Of a stretch of 25,473 nt of DNA, positions 1-7,672 are shown in pieces (positions within the stretch are counted from its first letter, which is position 1; the number at the start of each line of letters is the position of its first letter). Source of the stretch: Fibrobacterota bacterium (GTDB taxonomy: Bacteria > Fibrobacterota > Fibrobacteria > UBA11236); NCBI GenBank assembly GCA_043753995.1, contig JAYUVP010000226.1:1-25473 (forward strand). Direction: 5' to 3'. The position numbers and the translations under genes were made by a program. A model generated the notes under the pieces. The model saw only the letters and a program-made list of their open reading frames with translations, was not told where the DNA came from and made no database searches.

Positions 1-3000
1 ATAGAAATCGGCAAGCTTGAGGCGATAATCACCTCTTTGCGTGGAGTCGAGCAAGGCCAACTTTTCCAAGACGACAACATAGGTGACCTTATGCTGGGGC
101 TTGCCCGTAACCAGGGGCAGTAGCATTCGATAGGCCCGCACTTCATTGGGATTGGTTTGTAGGCAGGTGCGTATGTCGGTGATGGCCATGACGGTGTCGC
201 CATCGCGCAAATCGATTTCGGCGAGACGCAATAAGGCGCCGGCATTCTCTTTATCGAAAAGCAGCAAGTCCTGAAGGGACTGGCGAATTTGCTTGTCAGG
301 GCGCTTGGTTTTTTCATATGACAAGACTTGCACTTGCCTAACCTCTTTTTCGAAGCCGATGACAGCCTGAAGGTATTGATCGGCGAGTTCTGCTGCCAGG
401 GGATAGTCCTTGGCCTGATACACAGCCAGCACGGCCTCGCGATCTTCCTTGAAGGCTCCGGGCTTGAGGCGCGACGCGAAGGCGAAATAAATCCCCGCTT
501 TGTCCCATTTCTGTTGAAGGGTATAACCGCGCCCGAGCCAGAAAAACAGATCGAAATTTTGGACATCGGTTTTAACCAAGCTGGGCCGCAAGGCTAATTC
601 TTCAAGCAAGGCGAAGTGCTCCTTCATTTGCGCGCGATTATGGATTGTGCGGGGCAAAAGGGCTTGATAAACCTGGTTCTTTGGGCTTTTGTCCAAGGCG
701 CTAGCGAGAAATGCATAGGCCTTTTCTTTTTGGCCTTGCTGCAACATGAGCTTGGCCAATTCGAATTGCGCGGCATGCGCGCTGCTATCCAGGCTTTGAA
801 TTTCGGTAAGCACCTCGGCCATCAAAGGTTTCCCGCCAGGGGTTTTGAGCAAGCCCATCAGGCGTTCGCGCAAGGCAATATCCTTCACATCGATGAATAG
901 GGCCGTGCGGTAGGCGGCGATGGCTTTCTCCGGGCGATTGAGCAAGGTTTGCAATTCTCCCAGTCGCACCAGCAGGGCCTTGTCGCCTGGGGTCAAGGCG
1001 CAAAGGCCTTCCAAGGTTTCGGCCAAATGCGCACGATCGCCACGCTGGCTATAGAGTTCGACCAAGGCCCGCAGCGGACGCTCCTCCTTGGGTGTCAGTT
1101 GATTCCAGCGCGAGAAATAGCGAATGGCCTCTTCGCCTTTACCGAGTGACAAGGCCAGCTCCGAAGCGGCCATCAAGGCTTCGAGGTGGTCGGCTTTCTT
1201 CACTAGAAGGGAAGCCCAAACTTCCAACCCTTGCGAGGTCTTGCCCAGATTCTGGGCCAATTCCTGACGCAAATCCAAATCGTCGCCAAAGGATTCGACG
1301 CCCAGCCTCAGCAGGGGAATGAGATAAGCCGACTGTTGCTCGCGCAAATAATGCGCGGCTTTGTCGAAGACTTCGCGATCCTTGCGCTTCACGGCAGCCC
1401 AGTCATAATAAGCCTTGGCAGCTTCTTCTTTCCGGCCTTGCGAATGCCTCAAATCGCCAAGCACTTCTAGCCAATTCGCCGAATTGGCGGCCTCGCGCAA
1501 TAAGGTCGCTTCGAATCGCCCCAGGTTTTTCAAGTCTCCTTTTTGATGATATTCGCGCAATAGCATGAGCTGGCCTTCGCGCCATTCTGGGCGTTGCTTG
1601 ACCTGGGCTTCCAATCCATCGAGTTCGCCGCTGCGATGATAATCGATTTCCGCCAATTGAAAGCGATATTTATCGTCGGCACCAGGAATTTTGACCAGCA
1701 TTCGCAAAGCATCGATCAAGGAAAGCGTGTCCTTGGCCCGTACCGAAAGCGCTTGGTAGGCTCGCAGGGCTTCGATGTCGGTGGGATTGCGCAAGGCCCA
1801 TCGGCCATAGTGCCGCAGGCCTTCGCTGAGTTCGCCGATGCGCTCCTTTTCCTTGGCTAGGCGCAATTCCCAGTCGCCGGCGGTGAAGTCTTCCTGCACA
1901 ATGCGCTCCATCATGGCGGCGCGATCGCTTTGACGGCCTTCACGGCCATACATTTCCGCAAGAGTCGTCATCAAGAGCACATCGCGAGGCGAACGTTCCA
2001 GACGCTTTTCCAATAGCGGCCTGGCCTTGAGCATTTGCGATGTTTTTAAATAGGCCATGGACGCGGTGGAATCGGTCACACCCAAATCCGGTTGCTCGCG
2101 TAATAGAGCATCCCATTCGGCCGCCGAGGCCGCATATTCGCCGTTCAGGTAAAGCGAGCGAGCTAAACGCTGACGCAAGTCGCGGCTATTTTCTTTTTGC
2201 CGTACCAAACGCAAGGCGGATAGGTTGCGCTTGATCTCAGCATCCTCCTTGAGTGTGAGAACATAGTCGCGCGCATAATCCACGCGCCCGGGTTCGAGGC
2301 GCGTAGCCTTTTCCAAGGCCGCTGAAGCGCCCTCACGTCCGACGCTCTGCTGAGCTCGCCCAAAGCGATTCCAAAGTTGCGCGTCATTGGGAAAGACTGG
2401 CGTCAAGCGAGCGAAAGCCTCGACCGCGCGCGCCCATTCTCCCTGATCGAAATAGTGATAAGCCATTTCCAATTCATAATTGGCCGACTTACCGCTTTCA
2501 ATTCGGCCGAGATTATCGAGTGCGTCGAGATAGACCGCTTCCCGGCCCTTGGCGTTTTTCGCCAGGGCCTGCACCATTTGATAGCCACGTTTATCCTGCG
2601 GATGGGCGCGCACCCACGCTATCGCATGGGTCAATGCGGCCGTCGTGTCACGTGCGCGTAAATCAAGTTCAGCCAGGCGCAATGCCCAGGTCTCGGCTTC
2701 GACATCTTGTTGCAATAACAAGGTCAAACACTGCCGCAATTTGGCTTCCGGCGCATTGGTTTCAGCCAAGGCCTTGGCTTGCAAGCGCCTGACCTCGACA
2801 TCGCTGGGCTTTAAAACGAGATAAGCCTCGGCGAGCGTCGCCGTCACGGGCATATTTTTAGCCGCCGCCAAATCGAAAATGGGGCCGCGCTTGCCCTGTA
2901 GCATGTCCGGCTTGCGGCGATGGATTTCGGCCCACACTTCCGCGGCACGAGTCACGTTTTTATAAAGTGAATACCCGCGGGCCACCAGCACAAGAAATTC

Positions 3001-4461
3001 CGGATCGCTGCGCCCTTGCTTTTGCAATTCTTGAAATTGGGCAAAGTGCTTGAGTATTTGTCCTTCTTCCTTAACTGCCACGGGAAGCAAATTCAAATAC
3101 GCTTCTTCCCTAGGAGCATTTTGCAAGGATTTGACGAGATAGCGATAGCCGTCTTCGGGTTTATCATGTGACAAATACCACTTGGCCAATTTGAATTGCA
3201 GGGCATGATCCTTGGGATTTTTTCGCTCGCTCTGCAATAAGGCTTCCATCCAGGTGCCTTCGCTCTTACTGCCCTCGGCTAAGGCCAACATTTCCTGCTT
3301 GGCTGCGGCATGGTCGGGATTAATGCGCAAGGCGTCGCCATAAACGGCTAAGGCGTCATCAGGTCGCGAAGCACGGCGCAAGGTCTGGGCATGGGCTAGG
3401 GCTAGTTCGGCATCGCGAGGCAAAAGCGATCTGGCCTTTTCAAACCAGGGCAAGGCGCGATTGGGATCCAGGCTCGCAGCGAGTCGCGCCAAGCCCGCCA
3501 GGAAAGCCCCGTCGGCCCCATAATAGGTGGCGGCTTTTTCATAATACGCCACGGCCTGCATTTTATTGCCGCGTTCCTCATAGGATTTTCCGAGGGCGCG
3601 CAGGGCTTCCGAATCTTCGGGGGCTAGCTTGAGATAGCGCTCCCGCAATTCGACGGCGCGGCTATGCGAAGGTCCGTAGAGGGTGGCCAATTCCTTAAGC
3701 AAATGGGTTTCATCCGGAGAGCCGGCACGTTTTTTCAACATGGACTCCAAGAGGGGGATGAGCTTGTCTTTTTGCAGGGGATTGCGATAGGCTTCGGCCA
3801 GAAAATCAACTCCAGCCTCGCTCTGGGGGTAACGGAAGCGATACTGCTCCCAGGCCTTGACTGCATCCGCGCGCTTGCCAGACTGTTGCAAGGATTGTGC
3901 GTATTTCTCACCTTCGGCAGGCTTGCCCATGGGGTCGGGGAGGCGCGCGAAGGCCGCCGCCGACTTGCGGTATTCTCCCAGGCCAAAATGGCTTAAGGCC
4001 AAGCTGCGCAAGGCCTCGCTGCTAGGCGAAGCCAAACCAATGAGGGCTTGGCGCGCGCCGTCGAAGCGCTCGAGTCTTTGGCGCAATATGCCCAGGGCTT
4101 CCAAGGTTGGAGCGTGGCCGACTTTGCGCGTGAGCAGGATTTCCAATTCGGCGACTATGCGTTCCACTTCAGCAGGAGGCAGTTTGCCGTCGAGTGCGGC
4201 GCGTATTCGCGGTTGCAATTCGCGCTCCATGGCTTGCAGGGCGGCACTGGCTTCCGCCGAAGGCGCCGTGGACGCACTCGCGGATTTCACCGGAGACCTG
4301 GGCGAGCTTGTCTTCGCGGATTTGGAATTGGCGCCAAAAAGGGCGGGACAAGAAAGCAGAATAAGTGCCAAGGCCACGGCTAGGCGGCGCCCACGCCTAT
4401 CGGCTGCATGAACCTGGGGCTGGGGCAAAAGCCAAGCCGATTTGGACAGGAATATGTCCAT
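1..4461 (-). CDS. Very large secreted/periplasmic tetratricopeptide-repeat (TPR) protein, 3' end beyond the window (>=1487 aa)
   Basis: ATG at 4461 with GAGGA 6 nt upstream. Hand translation begins MDIFLSKSAW...RRGRRLAVALALILLSCPALFG (signal-peptide-like). Repeated TPR-like helix pairs follow (PEDSEALRALGKSYEERGNKMQAVAYYEKA; PRDAELALAHAQTLRRASRPDDALAVYGDAL; FPNDAQLWNRFGRAQQSVG). The frame was open in every segment checked, including bases 1-60 (LALLDSTQRGDYRLKLADFY). Absence from the ORF track fits a frame with no stop inside the window. Confidence 0.9.
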   Translation of the reverse strand, partial: MDIFLSKSAWLLPQPQVHAADRRGRRLAVALALILLSCPALFGANSKSAKTSSPRSPVKSASASTAPSAEASAALQAMERELQPRIRAALDGKLPPAEVERIVAELEILLTRKVGHAPTLEALGILRQRLERFDGARQALIGLASPSSEALRSLALSHFGLGEYRKSAAAFARLPDPMGKPAEGEKYAQSLQQSGKRADAVKAWEQYRFRYPQSEAGVDFLAEAYRNPLQKDKLIPLLESMLKKRAGSPDETHLLKELATLYGPSHSRAVELRERYLKLAPEDSEALRALGKSYEERGNKMQAVAYYEKAATYYGADGAFLAGLARLAASLDPNRALPWFEKARSLLPRDAELALAHAQTLRRASRPDDALAVYGDALRINPDHAAAKQEMLALAEGSKSEGTWMEALLQSERKNPKDHALQFKLAKWYLSHDKPEDGYRYLVKSLQNAPREEAYLNLLPVAVKEEGQILKHFAQFQELQKQGRSDPEFLVLVARGYSLYKNVTRAAEVWAEIHRRKPDMLQGKRGPIFDLAAAKNMPVTATLAEAYLVLKPSDVEVRRLQAKALAETNAPEAKLRQCLTLLLQQDVEAETWALRLAELDLRARDTTAALTHAIAWVRAHPQDKRGYQMVQALAKNAKGREAVYLDALDNLGRIESGKSANYELEMAYHYFDQGEWARAVEAFARLTPVFPNDAQLWNRFGRAQQSVGREGASAALEKATRLEPGRVDYARDYVLTLKEDAEIKRNLSALRLVRQKENSRDLRQRLARSLYLNGEYAASAAEWDALLREQPDLGVTDSTASMAYLKTSQMLKARPLLEKRLERSPRDVLLMTTLAEMYGREGRQSDRAAMMERIVQEDFTAGDWELRLAKEKERIGELSEGLRHYGRWALRNPTDIEALRAYQALSVRAKDTLSLIDALRMLVKIPGADDKYRFQLAEIDYHRSGELDGLEAQVKQRPEWREGQLMLLREYHQKGDLKNLGRFEATLLREAANSANWLEVLGDLRHSQGRKEEAAKAYYDWAAVKRKDREVFDKAAHYLREQQSAYLIPLLRLGVESFGDDLDLRQELAQNLGKTSQGLEVWASLLVKKADHLEALMAASELALSLGKGEEAIRYFSRWNQLTPKEERPLRALVELYSQRGDRAHLAETLEGLCALTPGDKALLVRLGELQTLLNRPEKAIAAYRTALFIDVKDIALRERLMGLLKTPGGKPLMAEVLTEIQSLDSSAHAAQFELAKLMLQQGQKEKAYAFLASALDKSPKNQVYQALLPRTIHNRAQMKEHFALLEELALRPSLVKTDVQNFDLFFWLGRGYTLQQKWDKAGIYFAFASRLKPGAFKEDREAVLAVYQAKDYPLAAELADQYLQAVIGFEKEVRQVQVLSYEKTKRPDKQIRQSLQDLLLFDKENAGALLRLAEIDLRDGDTVMAITDIRTCLQTNPNEVRAYRMLLPLVTGKPQHKVTYVVVLEKLALLDSTQRGDYRLKLADFY

Positions 4462-4566
4462 AAACCATCCTCGCTGAAAAGCTGGGAAACAAGCGCTTGA
4501 AGTCCGCTAATTATCTCATGACGGAAAGCGAAGTCAAGAGGCGGGAATGAGCGCCCAGGTAATGCG

Positions 4567-4572
4567 TATAAT
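4567..4572 (+). promoter_or_regulatory. Putative sigma70 -10 box for the 4602 gene
   Basis: Perfect TATAAT 29 nt upstream of the ATG at 4602, in a divergent intergenic region. Confidence 0.4.
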
Positions 4573-4601
4573 AAGGGTGAAACCCGCAGCTAAAGCCAGG
4601 C

Positions 4602-4844
4602 ATGGAAACGATATTTGACCATAATCCCACACCCGAAGAATTGCGTTATCTCTTTCTCCCGGGTCAAGATGCAGAGTCCTACAAGGCTTCGCATACCGAT
4701 CAAGAAACCGAATATGGGAATATTTACGCCCTGTACATGATTCGTGGCGATAGGCAAAAGGCCTTGGATTATTTAGAGCGCATACGCAATCCGAAAGGCT
4801 TGTTTGCACCGCGTAAAGTCGACGATTCGCCGTCTCCTTCTTGA
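4602..4844 (+). CDS. Small hypothetical protein (80 aa), possibly with one TPR-like helix pair
   Basis: Fills the gap between two minus-strand genes and has an ATG start and protein-like composition. The segment YGNIYALYMIRGDRQKALDYLERI is helical-hairpin-like. Confidence 0.7.
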   Translation: METIFDHNPTPEELRYLFLPGQDAESYKASHTDQETEYGNIYALYMIRGDRQKALDYLERIRNPKGLFAPRKVDDSPSPS

Positions 4845-4875
4845 TTCTTGTCGCCTTTGATGCGAAATCTTGGGT

Positions 4876-6234
4876 TTATTGAGCTGGCACCGTAATTTTG
4901 ACTCGAATCAGCCCGCCCTGAGCATTCCAGGCCGCGTCGTAAATCTTGCCGTCACGGGCCTTCATCACCAAGGATAAGGCACCCTCCCTCATATCGCCTT
5001 CGGCTGAAATAAAAGTCCTATCTCGATACGCGATATAGAACAAAACATGTCCGTCACTGGGATTGCTTTTCGGCGGCACGGCCTTATCGGCGGTAAAGGT
5101 GAAGCGCAATGAGTCTTCTTCGCCCAATTGCTTGCGCATCCTTATATCGTACCTGAATAGGCTGTCGCGATCGCGGCCCAGCAAGGTTTCCGGCTTGACC
5201 ATGGTTTCGGTGAATAGGCTGTGCACGCTGTCCGTGGCAGGCGTATTCTCAACGCTCATCCGCACCACGGTTTTGCCCTGGGGATCGATGTCGGCACCGC
5301 CTTCGGGATTCTGAAAGGCGACTTTGTTCACGCGACCGTCGCGACCCTGTTCGATGGCGGTAAAGCGGCGCATTTCCTGGGGCTCTTGCTTAAAGCGTGC
5401 TAATAAGCGCAAGGACAAGGTGCGCTTGGCGATTTCAGGCTTGTCCTTGGGGTCGTGCTCGAAGAAAACCAAGTCGACCAAGGAAGGTCGGCCATTGTCA
5501 ATGACCACGCCATCGCTATCGGCATCGCTATAGACTGCGCTGGATAAGGTATCGGAGCCGAGCATGCGAAGCCAACGCGCCTGATAAATGCGATTGTCTG
5601 GCTCCGTCTTGAGATCGCGATCCGTGCCGCCATCGGAAATCAAATCCGCAATTTCCAAAACGCCGTCCTTGCCGTGCTTTTCGATATGCATGGAAACATG
5701 AAAGCTGTCTTGGGGCTGAAACAAAAGACCGTCGCCATCTCCGTCGCGTGAAATCACCAAAGTGGTGTCACCAGCTTCATTGAATTCCAAGTGCTTCGCA
5801 CCCACGAGTTGGGTTGTCCACACCAAGGGATCCAGCCAATTGGCACCCTCCTTGAAATAGGCCGTGTCGATTTCGGTAGTCGGACCGATTTTTTTGGTAC
5901 TCGTGATTATCGGCAATCCCGGGTCAAACCAAGTTGAGTCGCCGGTGGCGGCGCGTTTGGCTAAGGCCATGCGCTTGGGTGCGCCCGAATTGGGCGGATT
6001 CGGAACCTTGGTTTCCAAAACCGCGAGGGCTGCCGCGGGTACCACCGAGGTTTCGGTTTTTTCAGCTTCGCCCAAATGCCCTTCGATCCGTGCATAAATG
6101 CTATTCGGAAAATCATCGACCCCGGCCTGCTTGTCTTCCTGCTGAGTGAAGCAGCCCGCAATCAGGCAAATCGAAAAAGCGGCGATGAATAGGGGCAGGG
6201 TCATTCGCCGTGGAATCCAGGTGCGCTGATCCAT
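4876..6234 (-). CDS. Hypothetical lipoprotein (~452 aa) with DxDxDG Ca-binding-like loops
   Basis: ATG at 6234 preceded by AAGGA is preferred over the TTG at 6240. A hydrophobic stretch ends in a lipobox (LIAG-C). Motifs DGDGDG and DADSDG are present. It starts 2 nt after the stop of the TIGR02147 gene. Confidence 0.85.
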   Translation of the reverse strand: MDQRTWIPRRMTLPLFIAAFSICLIAGCFTQQEDKQAGVDDFPNSIYARIEGHLGEAEKTETSVVPAAALAVLETKVPNPPNSGAPKRMALAKRAATGDSTWFDPGLPIITSTKKIGPTTEIDTAYFKEGANWLDPLVWTTQLVGAKHLEFNEAGDTTLVISRDGDGDGLLFQPQDSFHVSMHIEKHGKDGVLEIADLISDGGTDRDLKTEPDNRIYQARWLRMLGSDTLSSAVYSDADSDGVVIDNGRPSLVDLVFFEHDPKDKPEIAKRTLSLRLLARFKQEPQEMRRFTAIEQGRDGRVNKVAFQNPEGGADIDPQGKTVVRMSVENTPATDSVHSLFTETMVKPETLLGRDRDSLFRYDIRMRKQLGEEDSLRFTFTADKAVPPKSNPSDGHVLFYIAYRDRTFISAEGDMREGALSLVMKARDGKIYDAAWNAQGGLIRVKITVPAQ

Positions 6235-6236
6235 GT

Positions 6237-7082
6237 TCAATCCTTATTCTTCACTTGGGTGCGCGGCAAAAATTGCAAGGAAAATTGCAAGACCACTTCC
6301 GGCTTTTCGTCGCGTTTGGCCAAGGCAAAAATCTCTTCGCGGAATTTCTCGATGCGCTGTTGTATTTCGAGGCGAGTGCCTTGGCTGACGGTGAGCAAGC
6401 TCGAAGAAATATGCCGCTCTTCCTTGGGAAGGTTGAAAACCGCCTCGCCCGCTTGCTGCACCCATTCGCGATTGAGGCGCCGCACCAAGTCGCCCAGAGT
6501 GGGGGCCGGCTCTTGATTGCGGTGGCTGACTTGATAACTTCCATCGGCGACTTGGGCTATGAGTCCCCATTCGCAGAGTTCGCGCACGCATTTTTTCACC
6601 AGCGCCACCGGCAGGGCCGGGCGAATGAAGCGAGCTAAGTCATCATAATCTCCGCGAAAGCCATTGACCTCCACGGCCGCGCGCACGAGAGGATAATGCC
6701 AATCCTGGTAATACTTGCTGCTCGCGCCATGCAGGCGCACGAATTGGCTGCGATTGCGGCGGAAAAGAATTTTTTCCCAAAGCGCGTCTTTGTCAGCCTG
6801 CTTTTTGGCTTGCCCATATTCCACCAGCAAGGCGAAATATTCCGCTTCATTGGCTTTTAATTCCAAAGCCTGACTCATTTTGATTACAGTGGAATCGCTG
6901 AGAGTACGTCTTCCCTTGATCACGTCATTCAGAAAACCAGGATTCGCTATGCCGGCCAAGGCGGCAAATTCACGTTGAGATAGCCCTCCCTTGGCCTTTT
7001 TCATTGCCTCAAAAGCATCGCCAAGGAATTTGCGGAAATCCTCGTATTGATAGATATTCAAGGCCGATGGCTCGGGAGTCAT
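6237..7082 (-). CDS. TIGR02147-family protein (N-terminal XRE-like HTH + DUF4423), copy 1
   Basis: Family hallmarks: IYQYEDFRKFL; SQREFAALAGIANPGFLNDVIKGRRTLS (HTH); EAEYFALLVEYGQA; YYQDWHYPLVR; RHISS; C-terminal VLQFSLQFLP. ATG 7082 is preferred to TTG 7103 because a promoter overlies the latter. Confidence 0.88.
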   Translation of the reverse strand: MTPEPSALNIYQYEDFRKFLGDAFEAMKKAKGGLSQREFAALAGIANPGFLNDVIKGRRTLSDSTVIKMSQALELKANEAEYFALLVEYGQAKKQADKDALWEKILFRRNRSQFVRLHGASSKYYQDWHYPLVRAAVEVNGFRGDYDDLARFIRPALPVALVKKCVRELCEWGLIAQVADGSYQVSHRNQEPAPTLGDLVRRLNREWVQQAGEAVFNLPKEERHISSSLLTVSQGTRLEIQQRIEKFREEIFALAKRDEKPEVVLQFSLQFLPRTQVKNKD

Positions 7083-7090
7083 GTTCAGTA

Positions 7091-7119
7091 AGTATAAGGC
7101 CAAAGTGGCCGATAGGCAA
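7091..7119 (-). promoter_or_regulatory. Sigma70-type promoter directly upstream of the TIGR02147 copy-1 start codon
   Basis: Minus strand reads TTGCCT-N17-TATACT-N8-ATG, with no Shine-Dalgarno sequence. Confidence 0.7.
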
Positions 7120-7222
7120 TGTTATTCCTGGAATATGATTACAGTTTTGCACCGTTTTCTAGAGCTACCAGGACGAGGATTACGCAGCTAAATTCAAAAC
7201 TCCCAAATCCCGAGGAGTTCCC

Positions 7223-7585
7223 ATGTTTTGCCCCAAGTGCCGGGAAACCATGCAAGTCGCCGAATTGCAAGGCCTGCCCATTGCCCGCTGCCCCCAGTGC
7301 CTGGGGCTTTGGTTTCAAGGGGAGGATTACCAGAGTTTAAGAAAGGCAGAAAACATTGAACTCGTCGATGTCGGTTCAGCCGAATTGGGACGCGAATTCG
7401 ACACGGTTTTTCCCGCGCCTTGCCCGGTTTGCGAATGGGTCATGGAAAGAGTCCCCGAGCCTTCGCAACCGCATATCTCCGTCGATCGATGCCGGCAGGG
7501 ACATGGCATTTTCTTTGACGCTGGCGAATACCGCGACTATCGCAGCAAAACCCTGGGGGACATGTTCAAGCGGCTATTTGCTTAA
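7223..7585 (+). CDS. Tandem zinc-ribbon (zf-TFIIB-like) protein
   Basis: Two ribbons: CPKC...CPQCLGLWF and CPVC...VDRCRQGHGIFFDAGE. SD GAGGAG at about 7212. Confidence 0.85.
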   Translation: MFCPKCRETMQVAELQGLPIARCPQCLGLWFQGEDYQSLRKAENIELVDVGSAELGREFDTVFPAPCPVCEWVMERVPEPSQPHISVDRCRQGHGIFFDAGEYRDYRSKTLGDMFKRLFA

Positions 7586-7605
7586 GTCGTCAAAAGGCTA
7601 ATCAG

Positions 7606-7655
7606 AAAAAAACAAAGGCGGGACTTCGGATATTCCAAAGTCCCGCCTGTTATTT
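7606..7655. terminator. Bidirectional intrinsic terminator between convergent genes
   Basis: Stem AGGCGGGACTT(C)GGA / TCC(A)AAGTCCCGCCT at 7616-7648, with an A-tract on the left (7606-7612) and GTTATTT on the right. Confidence 0.85.
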
Positions 7656-7672
7656 ACTTAGTCGATGTGGCT

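Noticed and set aside
2040..2860. Suspected frameshifts in the TPR gene near T-runs at ~2045 and ~2857
   Set aside because: Codon-by-codon re-reading shows the frame stays open at both sites.
328..4411. Many short ORF-track calls on both strands
   Set aside because: They are antisense or off-frame shadows of the long minus-strand TPR gene.
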